Shown piece by piece: positions 59,491-64,000 of a DNA stretch of 64,000 nt. The stretch covers positions 706,011-770,010 of the forward strand of contig CAVUCU010000004.1 in the NCBI GenBank assembly GCA_963740085.1, in the 5' to 3' direction. Under the pieces are notes generated by a model. That model was not told the origin of the DNA. It saw nothing but the letters and a program-made list of their open reading frames with translations, and made no database searches. The DNA comes from Nitrospirota bacterium. GTDB lineage: Bacteria > Nitrospirota > UBA9217. Position numbers and translations under genes: made by a program. Within the stretch, counting starts at the first letter, position 1. Each line of letters begins with the position of its first letter.

Positions 59491-59819
59491 GGTCGATCCT
59501 CCCTTTTTTGTTGGTGTGTTTTCCGCCGTCCCTGTTATTTTCGATCAACAGCCTGTCATTTCGCAGCTCCTCGGCCGAGGTGAGTATCTTCATGCGCTGC
59601 GCTGTGCTGTGTACACCCATAAGACGACGGCCCGCGAAAAAGGTTACAGAGAAAGTTGTAAATCAAAGACGGGGACGGGATGCATGATTGCGCTCCCTGT
59701 ATCAGACTGGAGGGAAGCAACCGGTCGGTAGGCGACCGGTCAAAGGACGGGACCATGTAAAAGTGGGGATATGATGAAAGGATATCAGTGGAAAAGTGAA
59801 AAGGCAAACAGTAAAGACG

Positions 59820-60668
59820 TTACAGCACCGCCGCGACCGCCGCGGCCAATGAGGTCGTCGGTCTGTTAATGAGCTTGCTCAGTTGATGGCCGTCGTCGAA
59901 CAGTCCGCCTTTGGAGATGCCCGTGTCGGAATCGGTGCGCACTGCGGCGATTGGTTCAGGCATTCCAGCTTTCACGAGGACCTTCTTGTATTCGGCCTCC
60001 GGCAGATTCACATAACCGACGTTCTTGCCGGATCGGCGCGAGATTTCAGCGGCAAACTCGGCCAGGGTGAAGGCGGTATCCCCGGCCAGTTCGTAGACCC
60101 GTCCTGCCTGGTTTTCCGTGATCAACACCGCCGCATCTGCTTCCGCGTAGTCGGCGCGAGCGGCGGCGGAAATGCGTCCTTCGCCCGCGCAGCCATACAC
60201 CGCGCCCTGCGCCAGCGCGCCGGCTATGCCGGCCGTATAGTTCTCGGTATACCAGCCATGGCGCAGCAGCGCAAACGGAACGCCGGATGCGCGGATATAT
60301 GCCTCGGTCTCCTTATGTTCGGCGGCAAGACCCAACGGAGAGGTGTCGGCATGCAGGATGCTGGTGTAAGCCAGGAGCTTTACGCCTGCCCGTTTGGCAG
60401 CGTCGATGACGGAACGATGCTGTTTTCCGCGCTGCCCAAGCTCGCTGGAAGAGATCAGCAATACCTTGTCCGCGCCCTTCAGCGCAATGTCCCACATCGC
60501 AGGCTGGTTGTAATCGGCGTTACGTATGTGCACGCCTAATGCCGCGATGCTTTTGGCCTTTCCTACGTTTCGGACGACCGCAATGATGCCGGATGCAGGC
60601 ACTTTTTTGAGCAGCGCCGCGACGACCAAACGTCCCAAATGTCCGGTGGCTCCGGTAATGGCGATCAT
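59820..60668 (-). CDS. NmrA-like atypical SDR; NAD(P)H:quinone oxidoreductase (YtfG/QorB-like)
   Basis: ITGATGHLG, LLISS, AYTS, EH..TE, LRHGWYTEN, R.DYAEA. Confidence 0.85.
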   Translation of the reverse strand: MIAITGATGHLGRLVVAALLKKVPASGIIAVVRNVGKAKSIAALGVHIRNADYNQPAMWDIALKGADKVLLISSSELGQRGKQHRSVIDAAKRAGVKLLAYTSILHADTSPLGLAAEHKETEAYIRASGVPFALLRHGWYTENYTAGIAGALAQGAVYGCAGEGRISAAARADYAEADAAVLITENQAGRVYELAGDTAFTLAEFAAEISRRSGKNVGYVNLPEAEYKKVLVKAGMPEPIAAVRTDSDTGISKGGLFDDGHQLSKLINRPTTSLAAAVAAVL

Positions 60669-60873
60669 AAGAACTCCCTTCGATTCAATGATAAGTGTTT
60701 TCCATCAGAAAGCAGGCATGACAGGTTAAATTATAGCACCTTAATCTGCTGGAGAGCATTTGGGATGTTGATTATGTGTTGCGATGAATGACAATGCGGA
60801 GACAAAGCAAGGAGGGATGAGAAGATGATCTTTTTGTTTTCAACAAGGGGAATGCCAAAATAAAGGACCTGAC

Positions 60874-61293
60874 CTAAGATCTCTTCTTATTCGCCGCCTT
60901 GACTTCGATGTATGGCTTGTACTTCTGGTCCTCGTCGAGGATATGTATGTTCAGCCAATTCGCCATGACCAGCATCACCTCGATCGTGGTCGGGGAATTT
61001 CCGCTGTCGAACGCCTCCTTGAGGCTCTGCGCTTTCCTGACCAGGGTATCGTGCATCTCCTTATGAAAGTCAAAGTCAGGATACCCGTGCTGGAGCAGCA
61101 GCCGTTCCTCGGCCTTGAAATGATAATCGGTAAAGTCCACGAACTCGTCTACGACCGTACCTATCATGTCACTGCCCTTGCCCGCGTGCATCGCGTCGTA
61201 CATGGCGTTCACGAGGTCGAAAAGCTTTTTGTGCTGCTCGTCGATCTCCGCCACATTGACCGAATATTTATCTTTCCATTTTAAATAGCCCAT
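60874..61293 (-). CDS. Bacteriohemerythrin
   Basis: W...YSV...IDEQHK, HF..EE, H...H, WL..HI...D. Confidence 0.92.
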   Translation of the reverse strand: MGYLKWKDKYSVNVAEIDEQHKKLFDLVNAMYDAMHAGKGSDMIGTVVDEFVDFTDYHFKAEERLLLQHGYPDFDFHKEMHDTLVRKAQSLKEAFDSGNSPTTIEVMLVMANWLNIHILDEDQKYKPYIEVKAANKKRS

Positions 61294-61374
61294 GAAAACT
61301 CTCCCCGTGGTCGGAGAACGGAGGGTGCGGGTCCGTATTTCACAACAGCCTCAAGAGACCCTGAGATTCTGCCG

Positions 61375-61854
61375 TTATTTCTCCAACTCCTTCAATGAAT
61401 CCAGCATAAGCTTCTTGCCCTGAATCAGCCTGTTGACCAGGACCAGGTCTTCCGGATGCACCCGGAACCATTCGATCATCTCGGTTAGTTCAAGGATCGG
61501 CGTTGCGCACGCTGCCGGCGGCGCCTCCCGGGCCGGCGCGGCTTTTACCGGCTCTTCTTTAAAGAGTTCTTCCTGGCCGGACTCGGGTGCGGGCTCGTGA
61601 CCGGACAACATCCATTCAAGACTGAGATGATGCCTCAGGCAAATATTATAGAGCAGCTCGGCGGTCGGCCGGACTTCACCTCGCTCGATCTTACTGACCT
61701 CGGCCCGCGTTATGCCGAATTGTCTGGCGAAGTCCGCCTGAGTAGCGGTACCCCGAACGTGCTTGATCTTGGACCCAAGCGCCTTATAATCGATCGCAAC
61801 ATATTCTCCGGCCACGGCGTCCGGCCCAATGGCCCCTATTTCGTCTGTTGACAT
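61375..61854 (-). CDS. XRE family HTH transcriptional regulator
   Basis: TQADFA..GIT...VSKIERGE..P...LEWMLSG. Confidence 0.8.
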   Translation of the reverse strand: MSTDEIGAIGPDAVAGEYVAIDYKALGSKIKHVRGTATQADFARQFGITRAEVSKIERGEVRPTAELLYNICLRHHLSLEWMLSGHEPAPESGQEELFKEEPVKAAPAREAPPAACATPILELTEMIEWFRVHPEDLVLVNRLIQGKKLMLDSLKELEK

Positions 61855-61881
61855 AGCGTGCCTCCCCTCCGCTGGGTGACC

Positions 61882-63699
61882 CTAAGATGTTCCCTGTTTC
61901 GCCCTGCCCAGGGCTGCTGCCGCCGAGATCAGGGAAAGATGCGTCAGCGCCTGGGGGAAATTGCCCAGCATTTCCCTTGTTCCGGTATCGTACTCTTCGG
62001 CGAACAGTCCGAGATCGTTCCCCGTCGAAACTGCCTGCTGGAAAACGGCTTCTCCGTCGGCGGTCTTGCCCTGCATGGCCAGACATTCGGCAAGCCAGAA
62101 CGAACAGGCCAGAAAAACGCCTTCCTCGCCCTGCAGATCATCGCTGCGGTATCGCCGCAGCAGTCCCTCCTGGCCGAGGTCCTGTTGGATCGCCTCAACC
62201 GTGCGCACCATGCGCTCATCATCGGCGGCCAGGATGCCGAAGATGGACATGAGAAGCAGTGAGGCGTCCATGACGGGATAACCCGAAGCCTGAATGAACA
62301 CGCCGCGGTCATGATCGTACCCTTCGTCCCCGATCCATTGTTGGATTTCGACGCGAGCCCGGCGCCAGTCGTCGAGCGGCGCCTCGCGCCCGAGTTCCTC
62401 GGCCAGCCGGACGCCGCGATCGACCGCCAGCCAGCACATCGCTTTGGACAATACGAAGTGGCGCGGTTCGCCGCGCATCTCCCAGATACCCTGGTCGGGG
62501 TTCCGCCACTTCCGCATTGCCGCGTTGACCAGCTCGACGAGAAATTCCCAATAGTCGTCATCAGGGGAGTGGTCGCGCCCGTGCCAATTCCACGCAAGGT
62601 CGAGCAGTTCTCCATACACGTCGAGCTGGACCTGTTTTTCTGCGCCATTGCCGACCCGTACCGGGGCCGCGCCGCGGTAGCCTTCCATGCCCGGGACCTC
62701 GTACTCATGAAGGCGGCGTTCGCCCCCCACGCCGTAGAGGATCTGGAGCTCGTCGGCACTCCCCGCGCAGCTGCGTTCTATGAAGCGGCGAAAGCCGTCG
62801 GCTTCGCGCCGGTAGCCCAGCTCGGTCAGCGTATGAACGGTGAAGTAAGAATCACGCACCCAGGAGAAGCGATAGTCCCAGTTGCGCGAGCCTCCCGGCG
62901 CCTCGGGAAGCGACGTTGTTGCTGCAGCGGCGATGGCGCCGCTCGGCGCGTTGGACAGACCCTTGAGTACGATTGCGGAGCGGATCACCAGTGCAGGTTC
63001 CGGACCCTCGAATCGTCCCTGTCCCGCCCATGTGCTCCACCACTCAACAGTCCGGTGAAGACGGTCGACCGCCTCGTTCATGGACGTCGGCGCGATCAAC
63101 CCGTCCTCGAGATCCTCGGGCCGCCCGAACTGGATAGAGAGGTGCCTTCGTTCACCCTCTTTCACGATGCAGGCGCCTGACAGTGAGTGGTGGTCCGACG
63201 CAGAAAGGAGCGCGGTGCCCGAGATCAGCAGGCCGGTGCTGCCGCCGAGCGCGAGATACCCTTCTTCAACCTTCCGGATCCAGGGCTTGATGGCGCCGTA
63301 GTCGAACCGCGGCGCGCATTCGACCGTAAACTCCATCTGACCGCTGAGCCCCTCGATGATCCGTAGAACCTGCCGGAAGGGTTTGTGCCGTCCTCCCTCG
63401 CGCATGGGGAAAAAGTCGAGCATGCGGGCTTTTGCCTCTCCAGCCAGAAACGTGGTCTCCAGGACCAGCGTGTTCTCAAGGTAACGGCGGCTGATCCCCG
63501 CTTTTTCCACGGGTGCGATCAGGCAATACCCGCCCTTGTCCCAGTCCAGCAGCCGGCCGAAACAGGAAGCGGAATCGATGCGAGGCATACAGCACCAGTC
63601 GATCGAGCCCGTCCTGGAAACGAGAGCGGACAGGTGGCAGTCGGAAATGAAGGCATAATCGGAGATCGGCGGATATTTCCCCTCCCGGCTCACACTCAT
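61882..63699 (-). CDS. Glycoside hydrolase family 15 protein (glucoamylase/trehalase-like)
   Basis: IDWCC.PR.DS, AAATTSLPE..GG.RNWDYRFSWVRD, QLDVYGE, GIWE, LGNFPQALTH. Confidence 0.92.
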   Translation of the reverse strand: MSVSREGKYPPISDYAFISDCHLSALVSRTGSIDWCCMPRIDSASCFGRLLDWDKGGYCLIAPVEKAGISRRYLENTLVLETTFLAGEAKARMLDFFPMREGGRHKPFRQVLRIIEGLSGQMEFTVECAPRFDYGAIKPWIRKVEEGYLALGGSTGLLISGTALLSASDHHSLSGACIVKEGERRHLSIQFGRPEDLEDGLIAPTSMNEAVDRLHRTVEWWSTWAGQGRFEGPEPALVIRSAIVLKGLSNAPSGAIAAAATTSLPEAPGGSRNWDYRFSWVRDSYFTVHTLTELGYRREADGFRRFIERSCAGSADELQILYGVGGERRLHEYEVPGMEGYRGAAPVRVGNGAEKQVQLDVYGELLDLAWNWHGRDHSPDDDYWEFLVELVNAAMRKWRNPDQGIWEMRGEPRHFVLSKAMCWLAVDRGVRLAEELGREAPLDDWRRARVEIQQWIGDEGYDHDRGVFIQASGYPVMDASLLLMSIFGILAADDERMVRTVEAIQQDLGQEGLLRRYRSDDLQGEEGVFLACSFWLAECLAMQGKTADGEAVFQQAVSTGNDLGLFAEEYDTGTREMLGNFPQALTHLSLISAAAALGRAKQGTS

Positions 63700-63844
63700 G
63701 TGCGCCTCCTCTGGTTTCAATGATACATTGCTCGCTGGCTCAGGATTTGACTTATAGAGGAATTATGCATGACAAGATGGCCGGCGATCGCACTATTTTT
63801 TGGGGGGCAGGTCCAAACAACGCCATATGACCAAGTTGTTGCTC

Positions 63845-64000
63845 TTATTTCTTAAGCGTCTTCACGAGCCCGAAAACAGTGCATGCGGCGCCCGCGATGA
63901 ACAAAAACAGGACCCTGTTCGAAACGCCGGCGCCCATCATCCTGCCTGCGCGAGACCCGAAGGTTCCGTAGTCATTGAATCCCAGTACCAGCAGAACGAT
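63845..64000 (-). CDS. 3' end of a small membrane protein (DUF3185-like); runs off window end
   Basis: Own translation: IVLLVLGFNDYGTFGSRAGRMMGAGVSNRVLFLFIAGAACTVFGLVKTLKK*. Confidence 0.55.
   Translation of the reverse strand: MVLLVLGFNDYGTFGSRAGRMMGAGVSNRVLFLFIAGAACTVFGLVKTLKK

Overview
GC-rich bacterial chromosomal window. Gene content suggests an anaerobic/microaerophilic Gram-negative organism, probably Nitrospirota- or Desulfobacterota-like (inference). 1-15.3 kb is a minus-strand outer-membrane/lipid A operon (bamA-skp-lpxD-fabZ-lpxA-lpxI-gnnA-gnnB-lpxB-msbA-lpxJ-waaA-lpxK-gmhB-heptosyltransferase), followed by hemW, a GNAT and clpC. 20-64 kb is an accessory region of mostly single genes: heme-c sensor kinases, hcp, HD-GYP, PilT, two REC-PilZ proteins, two ChaN paralogs, ychF-like, hemerythrin and GH15. 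The main unexplained signal is intergenic: a dispersed family of ~200-290 nt structured non-coding elements in three related variants (called A, B, C here) at 7 or more loci. They show long-range 5'/3' pairing, compensatory changes and strand-specific G-U pairs, and type A has a box C/D-type kink-turn. They repeatedly occur as head-to-head A/B or A/C pairs a few nt apart, and direct-repeat copies bracket cargo genes. Also present: decayed fragments resembling a Y1/REP-associated transposase C-terminus, several short REP-like repeat families, a class II CRP/FNR-type box upstream of hcp, a histidine kinase lacking its phospho-His, and a frameshifted HtrA. All assignments are by eye; no searches were run.
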